A DNA stretch of 64,000 bases from an uncultured Verrucomicrobiae bacterium (GCA_963706955.1 CAVPOC010000003.1:192001-256000), one strand, 5' to 3'. Numbered from the stretch's first letter, positions 22,217 through 33,066 are shown. Notes: generated from the sequence alone by a model not told the origin. Numbers and translations: made by a program.

Positions 22217-22789
22217 GCGGCAGCTCTGGCCGGAACATCCCTGCAACAAAAAAGTCGCCTTTGACCTGGAGGCGTGCGGCGATAATGATACCGCCGGGTT
22301 CACGGACGAGCCGGTCTATCGTGAGCCGTGCCCACTCGTGAAAAAATCGATAACCATTGAAAGAAGAGAGCAGGGCGAGATGATATGTCAGATGTCCAAA
22401 GTAGCTCCGGCGATCGTGACGCAACTCGCGCAAGAGCTGCCCAAATGCCGCGGTGGTGTGATTGCGTACCTGGATGTTCTCAGGCGCGAACTCACGAGCC
22501 GCGCATTCAGCTGACGGACTGGTCGACACAGGACGTTATAGAGCGGCGCGAGCGCTGCTTTAACCTCGAGGTGTTGAGAGGCGCTGTGTCGCGACTCGCC
22601 TCCTCGTAGAACTCCCTTGTCGGGCTTCAGACAAGGTCTCGGTGGCAGGCCTTCAGCGCCTGCCCACGCGATGAGTTTAAGCCAAGTGTGCCGTAAGCGA
22701 TAAGGGGATCGTGTGAAAGGTGACGCTCTGCGGCGGCTGTTAGGACCCCGTCAAAAAGCGAAATCCTCACGCCCGCCGCTTTCGCCCTT

Positions 22790-23035
22790 CCTTCGAAAGA
22801 AAGATTATCCCTTTGTCGGAGATACGCGGTATTTGGAACCCGGTCCCCCGTGGTGCTGGTGAGCTCAGCGTCGACGGAAAGACAAACATCATGACCATGG
22901 GCTGGCATATGGTGTTGGATTTGCTCCATCACTCGTGGCCCGTTGCATATCGAGTGTAACCACAGCTTCGACATGGTCCGTTGCGGCAAGGAAGTGTGAT
23001 CAATGTGCCAACCGATCTGGTGAACGAGGTGATCG
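22790..23035 (+). pseudogene. Decayed flavin reductase copy
   Basis: DNA aligns to 14760-15010 (gaaagaaagattatcc..gtggtgctggtgagctc..atcatgaccatgggctggca..gtgtgatcaatgt) with many indels. Confidence 0.75.
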
Positions 23036-23271
23036 GCAGGAAGTAAAAGCCTTACAACATCCGCATCACCGTGATCTCACCGGGCGCGATGGTGACGGAA
23101 CTGCCGAGCAGCGTCACCGAGCCGGACGTCGCCGAGCGCGTCCGCAAGCATCACGAGGAGTTCGGAATCCCTGCCGACTCATTCGCGCGGGCAGTCGCAT
23201 TCGCCATCAGCCAGCCGGAGGAGATGGATGTGAGCGAGATCGTGTTCCGGGGCACGCGCGAGGCATTTTAG
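23036..23271 (+). pseudogene. SDR (YdfG-like) C-terminal remnant
   Basis: [45 protein letters not shown]; no N-terminal half. Confidence 0.7.
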
Positions 23272-23417
23272 GCTGGCTGCCAAGGCGCTAAGCCAGCGGC
23301 TCTGGCTGGCCAAAGAGGTTGGTTCCCGGCGGGGGAATAGTGGCGGGAACGAGCGCTGCGGTCGCGGATTCGGCGGAGCAGGCTTTGACGGTGATGGATG
23401 CGGGATGGCTCATGGTT

Positions 23418-23984
23418 TCATGATAGGGTTTTGATGATCTTCGCAGGGATTCCGCCCACGGCTGTATGATCGGGAACGTCTTTGGTAACGACCGCGCCAG
23501 CCGCCACGATGGCATTTTCCCCGATGGTCACGCCTTGCATGATGGTGGCATTGGCACCGATCCACGCGTTCTTTTTGATATGAATCGGCGCCACGGTCAG
23601 CGAGTGTCTGTTTTCTGGCGAAATGGGGTGCCCTTCGGTGAGCAGGCTGACTTTGGGAGCGATGAAGACGCGGTCCTCGATGGTAATCCCTCCGAAATCC
23701 AGAAAAACACAGTCGAAGTTGATGAAGACGTTTTTCCCGATTTTCGTATGCTTCCCGTAATTGACGTGGAATGGGGGGAAGATCGCGCTGCTTTCGTCGA
23801 TTTCCGTGCCCGTGATCCGGCTTAGCAAGGCGCGCATTTCCTCCGGGTCGGTGGACTGATTCAATTGCAGGAGCAATTTCCTCGTGGCGAACGAGACGTC
23901 CCGAAGTTTGTGGTATTCGGGGTCGTCGAAGGGGACATTTTCGCCGTTCCGAAGACGCGCGAAAATATCGGGCGCTTGTTTCAT
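23418..23984 (-). CDS. Sugar O-acetyltransferase (Maa/LacA hexapeptide-repeat family)
   Basis: [51 protein letters not shown]. Confidence 0.92.
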   Translation of the reverse strand: MKQAPDIFARLRNGENVPFDDPEYHKLRDVSFATRKLLLQLNQSTDPEEMRALLSRITGTEIDESSAIFPPFHVNYGKHTKIGKNVFINFDCVFLDFGGITIEDRVFIAPKVSLLTEGHPISPENRHSLTVAPIHIKKNAWIGANATIMQGVTIGENAIVAAGAVVTKDVPDHTAVGGIPAKIIKTLS

Positions 23985-24046
23985 GCGGTTGAAATGGGAA
24001 GCGGTCGCGCGTCAGATTGCGACGCGCCCTGACGCGCGACGAAGCA

Positions 24047-25162
24047 TCACTTCAGGTTCTTGGTGTAAAATCCCGTGAGTTTGTCGAAGGGGATTTTGCC
24101 CATATTATCATACAAATCCACGTGGTCTGCTTCGGGCACAATCACCAATTCCTTGGGGTCGGAAGCCATCTCATAAACATCTTCGGAATAATAACGTGAG
24201 TGGGCATTTTCTCCCGCCACCAACAGAATCGGGCGTGGGGAAATCATTTCAATGTTTGCATACATCGGGAAGCTGAAGAACGACATTGGTGTTGTGGCTG
24301 TCCACGCCGTTGTAGAGTTGATGCCTCTTGGATGGAAACCACGCGGGGTTCTGTAATAATCGAAGAAAGCAACCAAAACGGGGTCTGGATTCTCGGGCAA
24401 GGCCTCGGGAAGGATGCAATCTCCCTTTACGATATTGCCATTTTTGTCAAACGGGACTTCGTGATAGCCTAACGAATAATTGCCATTTTCCGCATCCACC
24501 CAACGCTGCTGACTGATGTAATCAATAACCTTTTGGCGCTGTTCCTTTGTATAACTATCCTTATAACCGCGGCTCATGCTGCGGGACATATCATACATGG
24601 AAACCGTGGCTACCGCTTTAATGCGCGTATCGCTGGTGGCGGCAGTCAGTGCCATACCGCTGTAACCACAAATTCCTAAAGCACCGATGCGGTTACGGTC
24701 AACGGAAGCCTGCAATCCGAGAAAATCCACCGCCGCGCTGAAATCCTCGGTATTGATATCCGGCGAGGCGATATGACGCGGCTCGCCACCACTCTCTCCG
24801 GTGTAGGACGGATCGAAAGCCAGCGTGACGAATCCGCGTTCCGCCATGGCTTGCGCATACAAGCCCGAGGACTGTTCCTTCACCGCGCCAAAGGGGCCGC
24901 TAACAGCAATCGCCGCCAAGCGTTTGTCGCCACGATCCTTCGGCTGATACAGGTCGGCGGACAGAGTGATGCCGTAGCGGTTCTTGAAGGTGACCTTCTG
25001 ATGCTCAACCTTTTCGCTCTTAGGGAAGGTCTTGTCCCACTCGTCATTGGATTTGGCGAAGGTAGAGAATGAGGTGGCCATAAGTGTCAGTGTTGTGATC
25101 AGATGTTTCATGGTTATTGGTTTTTTCATCGGGTTCATGGTAAGTCTCTTCACCGGGGCCAT
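24047..25162 (-). CDS. Alpha/beta hydrolase (YcjY/dienelactone-hydrolase-like) with signal peptide
   Basis: GPFGAVKEQ, FDPSYTGESGG, GICGYSG nucleophile elbow, HVDLYD; true start may be an internal Met (MKHLITT). Confidence 0.9.
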   Translation of the reverse strand: MAPVKRLTMNPMKKPITMKHLITTLTLMATSFSTFAKSNDEWDKTFPKSEKVEHQKVTFKNRYGITLSADLYQPKDRGDKRLAAIAVSGPFGAVKEQSSGLYAQAMAERGFVTLAFDPSYTGESGGEPRHIASPDINTEDFSAAVDFLGLQASVDRNRIGALGICGYSGMALTAATSDTRIKAVATVSMYDMSRSMSRGYKDSYTKEQRQKVIDYISQQRWVDAENGNYSLGYHEVPFDKNGNIVKGDCILPEALPENPDPVLVAFFDYYRTPRGFHPRGINSTTAWTATTPMSFFSFPMYANIEMISPRPILLVAGENAHSRYYSEDVYEMASDPKELVIVPEADHVDLYDNMGKIPFDKLTGFYTKNLK

Positions 25163-25221
25163 TATAACTCCGTCAACGCCACACCGCTCGCGTGATTCTG
25201 CTCAGCCTGTCGCGATCCTGC
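25161..25221 (-). promoter_or_regulatory. Tandem AraC-type box 6 plus consensus -10 TATAAT (minus strand)
   Basis: Minus strand GCAGGATC-N12-GCAGAATC-N27-TATAAT upstream of the hydrolase. Confidence 0.8.
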
Positions 25222-25254
25222 TAAAATTTTCCGCGGGCACGTCGCGCAGCGTTC

Positions 25255-25580
25255 TCTCCCGATACTCGTGGGGACTGATCCCGTTTCCTTGCGGAAGACG
25301 TTGGCGAATGGCTAGGGCTGGTATAGCCGACATCCATGCCGATCTCGATGACGGGCTTCGTTGTCTCACGCAAAAGCTCCTGGGCTTTCGACATCCCCAG
25401 GCGGATGAAATACTGGGAAGGTGAGCAGCCGGTGTTGCCTTTAAGACATGGGAAAAGTGTGACTCGCTCATTTTAACCGCTGCCGCCAATTTTCCGACGT
25501 TGATGCCTTCATCAAGAAAAGCGTCCATCATCTTCAAGACCCGGTGCAGTTGAAACGCGGGAAGCGAGGTGGAACGATGA
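25255..25580 (-). pseudogene. AraC regulator remnant (HTH domain only, frameshifted)
   Basis: SLPAFQLHRV..LAAAVKMSESHFSH../SPSQYFIRL..AQELLRET..IEIGMDVGYTSPSH across frames. Confidence 0.75.
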
Positions 25581-25659
25581 GGGCGCCGATCGTGGAATCC
25601 CGGACAGCATTGAACTCTTTTAATTGAGGGATTCTGGCACCCCGCCCGCAAAGCTCGCG

Positions 25660-25880
25660 GCGGCGATCAAGTTGGGAGCTGGGCTTATGTCGGCTTTGCT
25701 CGCGCTGGGCTTGAACCTGACCGGAGTTGCCATGGTAGCAGTGCCTCTTTCACTCGCTTGGTTGGCACTCGGTCTTTGGCTGGGCCGACGACCCCGACGC
25801 GACGAAACCACATTCCTCAGTAACCTTTCAAAAACCTCAACCGTGCTTCTCACGCATACAAGGAACAGAACATGACCGTT
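25660..25880 (+). pseudogene. C-terminal remnant of an Npt-like MFS transporter, copy 2, plus shared 3' flank
   Basis: GGDQVGSWAY../ALGLNLTGVAMVAVPLSLAWLALGLWLGRR; shares cgcatacaaggaacagaacat with copy 1. Confidence 0.55.
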
Positions 25881-26023
25881 GCTGGATTAACCGCCCGCCG
25901 ACTGCCGTCAGCACCAGTGTCAGGGCCAGCCGCCGCAGTGTCGCAGCCGTCGCGAAAACCATTTACAGATTGGCGGGCCTTGGTTCTGCTAGGATCCTGA
26001 ATACCAGCTGTGCGTTCGTCCCG

Positions 26024-26479
26024 TTACTTATCGTTCTCGAGTAGCTCGATAATCAGTTTCAAATCCCTTAGCGTGTCGATGTAGGCATAACGGCCGCCGG
26101 CAAACTCGCCTTTTTGGAGCAGCGGCATCTGCTTGCGTTCGAGCACCGCGATTTTGTCTTTCAGTCCCTCAATCTCGAACGCAATGTAATGTGGGCCTTC
26201 GCCGTTCTTGTCGAGCGATTCCCGCCAGGTGCTCGGATTGTGGTCCGGCTCGATCAATTCTATCTCAAGAGACCCCATGTCGAAGAACGCCAGCTTCGCT
26301 CTTGCTTCAGAACGCGTCCCTCTGTATTCGGTCTGCGCTTTATCGACCGCATCGGTAAGAAACCACTGAGGTTTCTCAAGGCCAAAAAAATCAGCATATG
26401 CTTGAGACGTCTTTTCAATATCGTGGACGAGGATGCCGATTAGGGTAATTACTCTCGTGCCCAGAACGTTGTTTTCCAT
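26024..26479 (-). CDS. VOC/glyoxalase family protein (methylmalonyl-CoA epimerase-like)
   Basis: IGILVHDIEK..AKLAFFDMGSLEIELIEP..GEGPHYIAF..IIELLE. Confidence 0.88.
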   Translation of the reverse strand: MENNVLGTRVITLIGILVHDIEKTSQAYADFFGLEKPQWFLTDAVDKAQTEYRGTRSEARAKLAFFDMGSLEIELIEPDHNPSTWRESLDKNGEGPHYIAFEIEGLKDKIAVLERKQMPLLQKGEFAGGRYAYIDTLRDLKLIIELLENDK

Positions 26480-26716
26480 TTGGAACCTCCGAAGCGAAGA
26501 ATGACCTTTTCTTTTTACCAGTCAATCCGCTCCAAGATTTCCCCAGCAAAAAAGGTACTGGTTGGTCGCTAAGCCAAACGCTTTGATGACGCACCTTCAA
26601 TAACGATGGAGGGCTTGGGGGACCTGATCGTCACAAATGGACGGGATCAGCATGGCCCTTCCGCAGAGAAGTGCCCTCCTAGCTCCGTTGACAGGCTGCC
26701 GCGTCGGAGGATTTGC

Positions 26717-26777
26717 GCAAGAACGCGCTAGGGCGAGCAGGATCGCGCGAGAAGAGAAGCCCGCGATGTTGGATACT
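26717..26777 (+). promoter_or_regulatory. Tandem AraC-type box 7 (class A) plus -10 GATACT
   Basis: GCAAGAAC-N12-GCAGGATC-N27-GATACT. Confidence 0.75.
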
Positions 26778-26984
26778 TCTGCGTTCCTCAAACTGCTTCA
26801 GGCGCAGCACAGAGACGTCGAAAAACATGCTTAGCGCAACTTGGAAAATGGCAACGTGAAGACGGCAACCATTGATTGCTGAATGGAAGAAGCCCTGACG
26901 CGCGGCCGACGGCCACAGGGATCCTCATGAACGATCAACACGAACAGCTCGGTAGATAGTCTTCAGAGAAATCCCGTATCCGAG

Positions 26985-27183
26985 AGTATCGAGACGCCGA
27001 CGGTCGCGGACATGTTGGCAACGGACCGGAAGCGATGAAAGAGATCGTGAGAAGACCTTCCCGATTGAACGACTTGCGCCACCGGAGGAGGCGCTGCCGG
27101 CGTTCTCTGGCGGTATAGCCCAGACGCGAGTTTTGTGATCAGCCACGCCGCCTGGTTGTCGATGCCGGGGACACGTCCGATAA
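26985..27183 (+). pseudogene. SDR C-terminal remnant
   Basis: SIETPTVADML..EAMKEIV..LPIERLAPPEE..VLW.YSPDASFVISHA..VVDAG across frames; resembles the end of 20443-21210. Confidence 0.55.
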
Positions 27184-27206
27184 CCAAATCTGAAAGAAAA
27201 TAAGCT

Positions 27207-28223
27207 ATGAAAGGAACTGTTCTTTACGGTCCGCGCGACGTGCGCTTCGAGGAGCGCGACGAGCCAACAATCATTGAGCCAACTGATGCCATTATCAGGA
27301 TCTCGGCCACCTGCGTCTGCGGGTCCGACCTGTGGCCCTACCGCGGTATTAGCACAATCCTCGAGCCGACACCGATGGGGCACGAATACTGCGGCATCGT
27401 CGAGGAGGTCGGCAGTGCGGTCGCATCGGTCAAGCCCGGGCAGTTTGTCATCGGATCCTTCGCCACTTCCGACAACACCTGTCCTCACTGCCGGGCCGGC
27501 TACCAGTCGTCCTGCATGCACCGCGAGTTCATGACTAGGGCGCAAGCACCGGTGCTGCGCGTGCCGCTCGCAGACGGGACGCTGGTTGCTACGCCAAACG
27601 TTCCTTCGGACGACATGATCCCGAGCCTGCTGACAACGTCGGATGTTCTGGGCACCGGCTGGTTCGCTGCCGATGCGGCCAACGTGAAACCGGGTTCAAC
27701 CGTCGTGGTCGTCGGTGACGGCGCCGTCGGCCTCCTCGCGGTGCTCTCCGCCAAGCAGAAGGGTGCCGGGCGAATTATCGCGATGAGCCGTCACGACTCT
27801 CGCCAGAAGCTCGCCGGCGAGTTTGGCGCGACCGACATCGTGGCCGAACGCGGCGACGAGGGCGTTGCCCGCATCAAGGAACTGACCGACGGAATCGGTG
27901 CTGACGCGGTGCTCGAGTGCGTCGGCACGCACGACTCAATGATGCAGGCGATCAATTCGACCCGCCCGGGCGGGTCCGTGGGCTACGTCGGCGTCCCGCA
28001 CGGAGTAGAGATCAACGGCGAGGGGCTTTTCTTCACCCACGTCCGTCTCCACGGTGGCCCCGCGCCGGTGCGCCGCTTCCTGCCCGAGCTAATCGACCTG
28101 GTATGGAACCGGAAGATCAACCCTGGCAAAGTCTTCGACCTGACGCTGCCTCTTGAGGAGGTGGCCGAGGGCTACCGCGCGATGGACGAGCGCCGCGCGA
28201 TCAAGACGCTTCTGCGTCCGTGA
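27207..28223 (+). CDS. Zn-dependent alcohol dehydrogenase (copy 2, intact)
   Basis: CVCGSDLW, GHEYCG, CPHC, VGDGAVG, AMDERRAIK. Confidence 0.93.
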   Translation: MKGTVLYGPRDVRFEERDEPTIIEPTDAIIRISATCVCGSDLWPYRGISTILEPTPMGHEYCGIVEEVGSAVASVKPGQFVIGSFATSDNTCPHCRAGYQSSCMHREFMTRAQAPVLRVPLADGTLVATPNVPSDDMIPSLLTTSDVLGTGWFAADAANVKPGSTVVVVGDGAVGLLAVLSAKQKGAGRIIAMSRHDSRQKLAGEFGATDIVAERGDEGVARIKELTDGIGADAVLECVGTHDSMMQAINSTRPGGSVGYVGVPHGVEINGEGLFFTHVRLHGGPAPVRRFLPELIDLVWNRKINPGKVFDLTLPLEEVAEGYRAMDERRAIKTLLRP

Positions 28224-28621
28224 ATCAACAGGCCACAATGGGGACATGGTCGAACGACCAACTGCGCAGGATCGCTCAGGCCGATAACCTGCACATCTCC
28301 CCGTTTCGCGAGGACGGTGTGACCTACGGCACGCCAACGTGGATTTGGTCGGTCGCGGTTGGCGACGATCTCTACGTGCGCGCCTACTACGGGCAGATCT
28401 CCCGCTGGTACCAGGCTGCGGTGCGGGAGAAGGCCGGGCGGATCACTGCCGCCGGTATGACCAAGGAAGTCACCTTCGAGCCAGTCGAGGGGCGGATCAA
28501 CGAACGAATCGATGACGCCTACCGGGCCAAGTACCATGGCAGCCCGTATCTCAACTCGATGATCAATGAACGCGCTCGTTCCGCGACAGTCAAAATCGTG
28601 CCACGCAAGAGCAAGGGCTGA
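28220..28621 (+). CDS. DUF2255 family protein
   Basis: DNLHISPFREDGVTYGTPTWIWSV..LYVRAY.G..IDDAYRAKY. Confidence 0.85.
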   Translation: MNQQATMGTWSNDQLRRIAQADNLHISPFREDGVTYGTPTWIWSVAVGDDLYVRAYYGQISRWYQAAVREKAGRITAAGMTKEVTFEPVEGRINERIDDAYRAKYHGSPYLNSMINERARSATVKIVPRKSKG

Positions 28622-28815
28622 CCATGGCCGCGACGAGCAAAATACAAGGATCAGACGTCTTCATTTCGTCCTCGGCTGGGCGATGCCCCACGGTCACGCC
28701 GTCTCTGGCGCTAACAACACGATGACTAAGGGGATTGACGGCATGAAGATTAGCCAGTGAAACGATTGCTTATGGTTCAATATTCTAATGCACAGGCCAA
28801 TGAAGACCAAATTCC

Positions 28816-29274
28816 ATGAAACATTCACTCTTAGTTGTTCTCTGTGTGTTTTCCCTTTTCCCGGATTTCGCCTCTGCTAACCCCGGCGCCGGAAACATTG
28901 ACGATAGTAACCCACATCCAGCTGGCAATAAAATGAGAATTAAAATCGGAACTAAGACGTTCCCCGCGACACTTTATGACAATGCCACAGCGGCCGCATT
29001 CAAATCGCTGTTGCCGATGACCGTCAAGATGGTTGACCTAAATGAAAACGAGAAATATTTCGATTTGCCGGGCAATCTGCCAACCAACGCATCTAATCCC
29101 GGAACAATCCAAAGCGGCGATTTGATGATTTATGGTCCTAATACCCTGGTGCTCTTCTACAAAACATTTTCTACATCCTACGGCTATACAAGGCTCGGAC
29201 GTATCGATGATACTAAGGGGCTTGCTTCCGCAGTTGGTTCCGGAACTTTAACGGTTACTTACGAACTGGAGTAA
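28816..29274 (+). CDS. Cyclophilin-like fold protein with signal peptide
   Basis: [46 protein letters not shown]. Confidence 0.85.
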   Translation: MKHSLLVVLCVFSLFPDFASANPGAGNIDDSNPHPAGNKMRIKIGTKTFPATLYDNATAAAFKSLLPMTVKMVDLNENEKYFDLPGNLPTNASNPGTIQSGDLMIYGPNTLVLFYKTFSTSYGYTRLGRIDDTKGLASAVGSGTLTVTYELE

Positions 29275-29472
<198 letters not shown>

Positions 29473-29536
29473 TTCGCGACCTCATCTGGTGATGAAAACT
29501 CTGGCCCGGAAAAACCGAGTGCACGAGACTCCTCGC

Positions 29537-30484
29537 ATGCAGAAACAGAAGGCGAACTACAAACCAAACCAAAATCCGCTCGAAAAGCACGGCTCGTCCA
29601 TGGACCGTCGAAGATTTGTCGTCGCGGGAGTGGAGGTAGGCTTTGGGGTAGTCGCGGGGTCCCTTATGCCAACCGCAACGTCCATCGCGCAAGCCACGTT
29701 GAATCCTCGGAAGGAACAAACTTCGACGTCGTCTCCTTCGAACACCAACCAGACCGCTCGTATCTTCATCACCGGCTCCGCTGACGGGCTTGGACACGCT
29801 GCGGCTAAAACGCTGCTCGCTGACGGATACCAAGTCGTGGTCCATGTTCGCTCTGAGGCTCGGCTCACCGCCGTGCAAGACCTTGTGGATCAGGGAGCCA
29901 TTCCGACAATCGGGGATCTTTCAGACTTCGCGCAGACGAGAGACCTCGCCAGCCAAGTCAATAAGATCGGACAGATGGATGCAGTCATTCATAACGCGGG
30001 TGTTTACTCAGGTCCACAAGTGCTTCCCGTAAACGTCGTTGCTCCCTATCTACTGACGGCGTTAATCCATCGCCCCAAACGGCTGATCTATTTGAGCAGT
30101 GGTATGCACACCGGTGGACGAACAACCCTCATTGGCATGGACTGGACTGGTCGCACTTCCACTGGTTCCTACTCGGACAGCAAGCTTTTCGTGACGACCC
30201 TTGCCGCAGCCGTCGCTCGAATCTGGCCTGACGTTCTCAGCAACTCTGTCGATCCGGGCTGGGTGCCGACCAAAATGGGGGGAGCTAATGCGCCAGATGA
30301 CCTGCGGCTGGGACATCTTACTCAAGAGTGGCTTGCTACTAGCAATGATCCTGAAGCGCTTACGAGCGGAGGGTATTGGCATCATCAACGACGCGCTAAG
30401 CCGCATCCCGCTGTCCACGATACAGAGTTCCAAGCTCAGCTGCTCGACGAACTCGCTCGTGCAACAGGCACTCCGCTGGCATGA
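29537..30484 (+). CDS. Short-chain dehydrogenase/reductase with Tat leader (copy 2, intact)
   Basis: MDRRRFVVAG..SIAQA leader; TGSADGLG, HNAG, YSDSK, DPGWVPTKMGG; start at 29537 or 29600. Confidence 0.9.
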   Translation: MQKQKANYKPNQNPLEKHGSSMDRRRFVVAGVEVGFGVVAGSLMPTATSIAQATLNPRKEQTSTSSPSNTNQTARIFITGSADGLGHAAAKTLLADGYQVVVHVRSEARLTAVQDLVDQGAIPTIGDLSDFAQTRDLASQVNKIGQMDAVIHNAGVYSGPQVLPVNVVAPYLLTALIHRPKRLIYLSSGMHTGGRTTLIGMDWTGRTSTGSYSDSKLFVTTLAAAVARIWPDVLSNSVDPGWVPTKMGGANAPDDLRLGHLTQEWLATSNDPEALTSGGYWHHQRRAKPHPAVHDTEFQAQLLDELARATGTPLA

Positions 30485-30615
30485 TTGATAAGCCTCAAGT
30501 CATATTTGACCATTGGCAGCAAATGTTGGGAATGCGTGACTACGCGCTGCGCATTCGGGCGGAGTTTCATAAAAGTGTCCCCCTAATCAACAGTAAAAGA
30601 GCGCGCCGCTTTTCC

Positions 30616-30676
30616 GCAAGAATGCGACAGGCGTCGCAAGATCCCGAGAGCAGCCACTTGTTCGATGGTCGATCGT
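30616..30676 (+). promoter_or_regulatory. Tandem AraC-type box 8 (class B) plus -10 GATCGT
   Basis: GCAAGAAT-N12-GCAAGATC-N27-GATCGT. Confidence 0.7.
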
Positions 30677-30691
30677 CCCTTCGAAAAACTT

Positions 30692-30898
30692 ATGTCACAG
30701 AAGATTACAGAATTCGTTCATTGCTTTCGACCACTTTGCATATCTCCCGCCCAGGTGAGAGCGTCCGAGGTCCCGCCATCAAGACGGATTAACCGCGCCA
30801 AGCTGCTGGACCAGCGCGCGACGGTGAGTCGGATCTCAATCGTGTTCACTGTTGGTGAGCCGGTGATTTACCAACAGCAGCCCGACCGACTCGCCTAA
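30692..30898 (+). CDS. 68-aa small protein of the VFTVGxPxxY family
   Basis: MSQKITEFVH..RISIVFTVGEPVIYQQQPDRLA; paralogs at 10332 and 17339 differ mainly by synonymous or conservative changes. Confidence 0.6.
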   Translation: MSQKITEFVHCFRPLCISPAQVRASEVPPSRRINRAKLLDQRATVSRISIVFTVGEPVIYQQQPDRLA

Positions 30899-31130
30899 CC
30901 AGCAATCGAAGTTTGAGTTGAGCTTGTCTACTTGAGCGGCGCAAATTTAGTCGAAATGCATTAGCAAACCAATGAGCGGCCGCGGCGACAAAGATCTTGC
31001 GCTATCGGCGAACGTCAGCAAGTACGAAGAGGTGAAGATTTTGCTCGGTCCCGGAATTTTAAGTCCAAATTCCTCACCGCAAGTCGTTGCTTCGCCGAGC
31101 CAATAGCCGAGATTCCGCTATCCATAGACT

Positions 31131-31637
31131 GTGAGCATTTCCCGACGCAGCTTTCTTAGGATTGCCAGCGCGGCGCTTGCCACGCCGGCGGTTCTCCGCG
31201 CCCAAGTCGAAACCCATGTAACCCAAACAGAAAAGATCAGTATGGAAATCAAAAGAATTGGCTCGCAACCATCCAGCAAGGGACCGGCCGACTGGTTTAC
31301 CGGCACAGTGCGCATTGATCCATTGTTCCAACCAAACGCCCCGGCTCGCACTTCTGGCGCCAGTGTCACGTTCGAACCCGGCGCCCGAACAGCCTGGCAT
31401 ACGCATCCGCTTGGGCAGACTTTGATCGTCACCGCCGGTTGCGGATGGGTGCAGCAGGAGGGCGGTCCGATTGAGGAGATCCATCCCGGCGATGTGATCT
31501 CGATCCCGCCAGGCGAAAAGCATTGGCACGGCGCCACGCCGACGACGGCCATGACGCATATCGCCATTCAAGAAGCGCTCGACGGCAAGGTGGTGGACTG
31601 GTTGGAAAAAGTCAGCGACGAACAATACCGCCAGTGA
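31131..31637 (+). CDS. Cupin (hydroxynitrile-lyase/QdoI-like) with Tat leader, copy 1
   Basis: [14 protein letters not shown] leader; [27 protein letters not shown]. Confidence 0.9.
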   Translation: MSISRRSFLRIASAALATPAVLRAQVETHVTQTEKISMEIKRIGSQPSSKGPADWFTGTVRIDPLFQPNAPARTSGASVTFEPGARTAWHTHPLGQTLIVTAGCGWVQQEGGPIEEIHPGDVISIPPGEKHWHGATPTTAMTHIAIQEALDGKVVDWLEKVSDEQYRQ

Positions 31638-31658
31638 ACTCAGCCCCCGAGGGAAACT

Positions 31659-31802
31659 TTGCCGCACATTATCGTAGAACTCCGGCCTGGAAATCCGAAC
31701 AGCCGAAAAGTCGACTTACCCAGTAAATTGCTAAGGATGCAATCGAAGTGTCAGACTTGGGAAAAGCGTTCCTTTTCGATAGTCATCAAAGAGGTCAGGC
31801 CA
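31659..31802 (+). pseudogene. 4-oxalocrotonate tautomerase (PptA-like) remnant
   Basis: (M)PHIIVELRPG/KSEQPKSRLTQ*IAKD..SIVIKEV with frameshifts and an in-frame stop. Confidence 0.65.
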
Positions 31803-31830
31803 CATGATTAAGCTGAGAGGTATTGAAGGA

Positions 31831-32688
31831 ATGACTATCAAACGACTATATATTGCGATCGCTTTGCTTTTCCTGGCCGAATGGCAAGCTTTGGCACAGA
31901 TGCGGTCTAATCAGGAAACAGGAAATTCCGCTCGCATGAATAGAATAGATAGAGCTAAGCAAAAATATCAGGAGTTGTTTGGTCCGCAGACAGTGGCAAC
32001 CTCTTCCGACCCGGAGTTGATGGACATTCTGCAAAGATTCATTTTCGGCGAGGTATTTTATATCGGAAATTTGGACGATAAAACCAGAGAACTCATCACC
32101 ATCACCGTTTTGGCCACAAATCAAACGTTGCCACAATTAAAAGCGCACACGAATGCAGCCCTCAACATTGGGGTTACGCCTATTGAGATTAGGGAGGTCG
32201 TTTATCAAACCGCCCCTTTCATTGGTTTTCCCAAAGTCTTAAATGCGCTGAATACAATCAACGAGGTTTTTGAAAGCCGGAACATTGAACTGCCTTTGGA
32301 GAAGAAAGGAACCATTACGGAGAGCGAACGACTCGAAAAAGGAAACGAACAGCAATATCCCCTTTACGGAAATGCAATGAAACAAAATATGCAAGATTTG
32401 CCGGGGGAGTTTGCTGAGGTAATACCGAGAATCTTAACGGAGTTGTGTTTCGGCGATTTCTACACAAGAGATGGTTTGGACATCAAGACGAGGGAGCTAA
32501 TGATCTTTTGTGCTTTGGCAGCACTGGGAGGGACTGAAAGACAAATGGCGTCACACGCCGTTGGCAACCTGAAAGTTGGCAATAGTAAGGAAACGCTGCT
32601 TTCCGCTATGGTCCATTGTTTTCCCTACATCGGTTTTCCGCGGGTTTCCAACGCGATCAATGTTATCAAAGCGGCAGAGATAAAATAA
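31831..32688 (+). CDS. Tandem carboxymuconolactone decarboxylase (CMD/AhpD-like) domain protein with signal peptide
   Basis: Two LDxKTREL..H..A..G..PxIGFPxxxNA repeats; N-terminus KRLYIAIALLFLAEWQALAQ. Confidence 0.88.
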   Translation: MTIKRLYIAIALLFLAEWQALAQMRSNQETGNSARMNRIDRAKQKYQELFGPQTVATSSDPELMDILQRFIFGEVFYIGNLDDKTRELITITVLATNQTLPQLKAHTNAALNIGVTPIEIREVVYQTAPFIGFPKVLNALNTINEVFESRNIELPLEKKGTITESERLEKGNEQQYPLYGNAMKQNMQDLPGEFAEVIPRILTELCFGDFYTRDGLDIKTRELMIFCALAALGGTERQMASHAVGNLKVGNSKETLLSAMVHCFPYIGFPRVSNAINVIKAAEIK

Positions 32689-32709
32689 CGTTGCGGGTAA
32701 GATTAAGCT

Positions 32710-32995
32710 CACGCAGGACTTCATCTCCCTGTCGCCGCTAAACCTGACGAGTGAACGATCTTTTCCGCAGAGAGAAGTTCGGTCATCTGCCTCGGGCGAC
32801 TCGAGACAGGGGAACGGACGTTCACTACGAAGTCGGTGATATCGCTTACTGGTCTCCCAGCCTGACGTAGCCTCTTCTATCGCCACGATGGTCAGCAAAT
32901 CCTCGAACTCGGCCTCATCCATCATCGCCAAAATCGAGTGCGGCATGGACGATTTGACGCGCCCAGCTCAGTAAAAATGCTAATTGAGACTACAA
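32710..32995 (+). pseudogene. Decayed cyclophilin-like fold gene
   Basis: QDFISL.PL.L..NDLFRREKFGHLPR..YEVGDIAYWSP..FYRHDGQ..IIAKI with many 1-nt deletions. Confidence 0.65.
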
Positions 32996-33066
32996 GATCA
33001 ATACTCCGGCGCACCACAACCATCATGGACGGTGTGAACGCAGGTGATGGAAGGAAAGGAAACTAA

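Noticed and set aside
22080..22620. Possible decayed regulator gene on the minus strand
   Set aside because: No recognisable motif in any frame; cannot support a call
17478..28223. Near-identical ADH copies as a DGR template/variable repeat pair
   Set aside because: Differences span the whole gene, look mostly synonymous and not adenine-specific; no reverse transcriptase in the window
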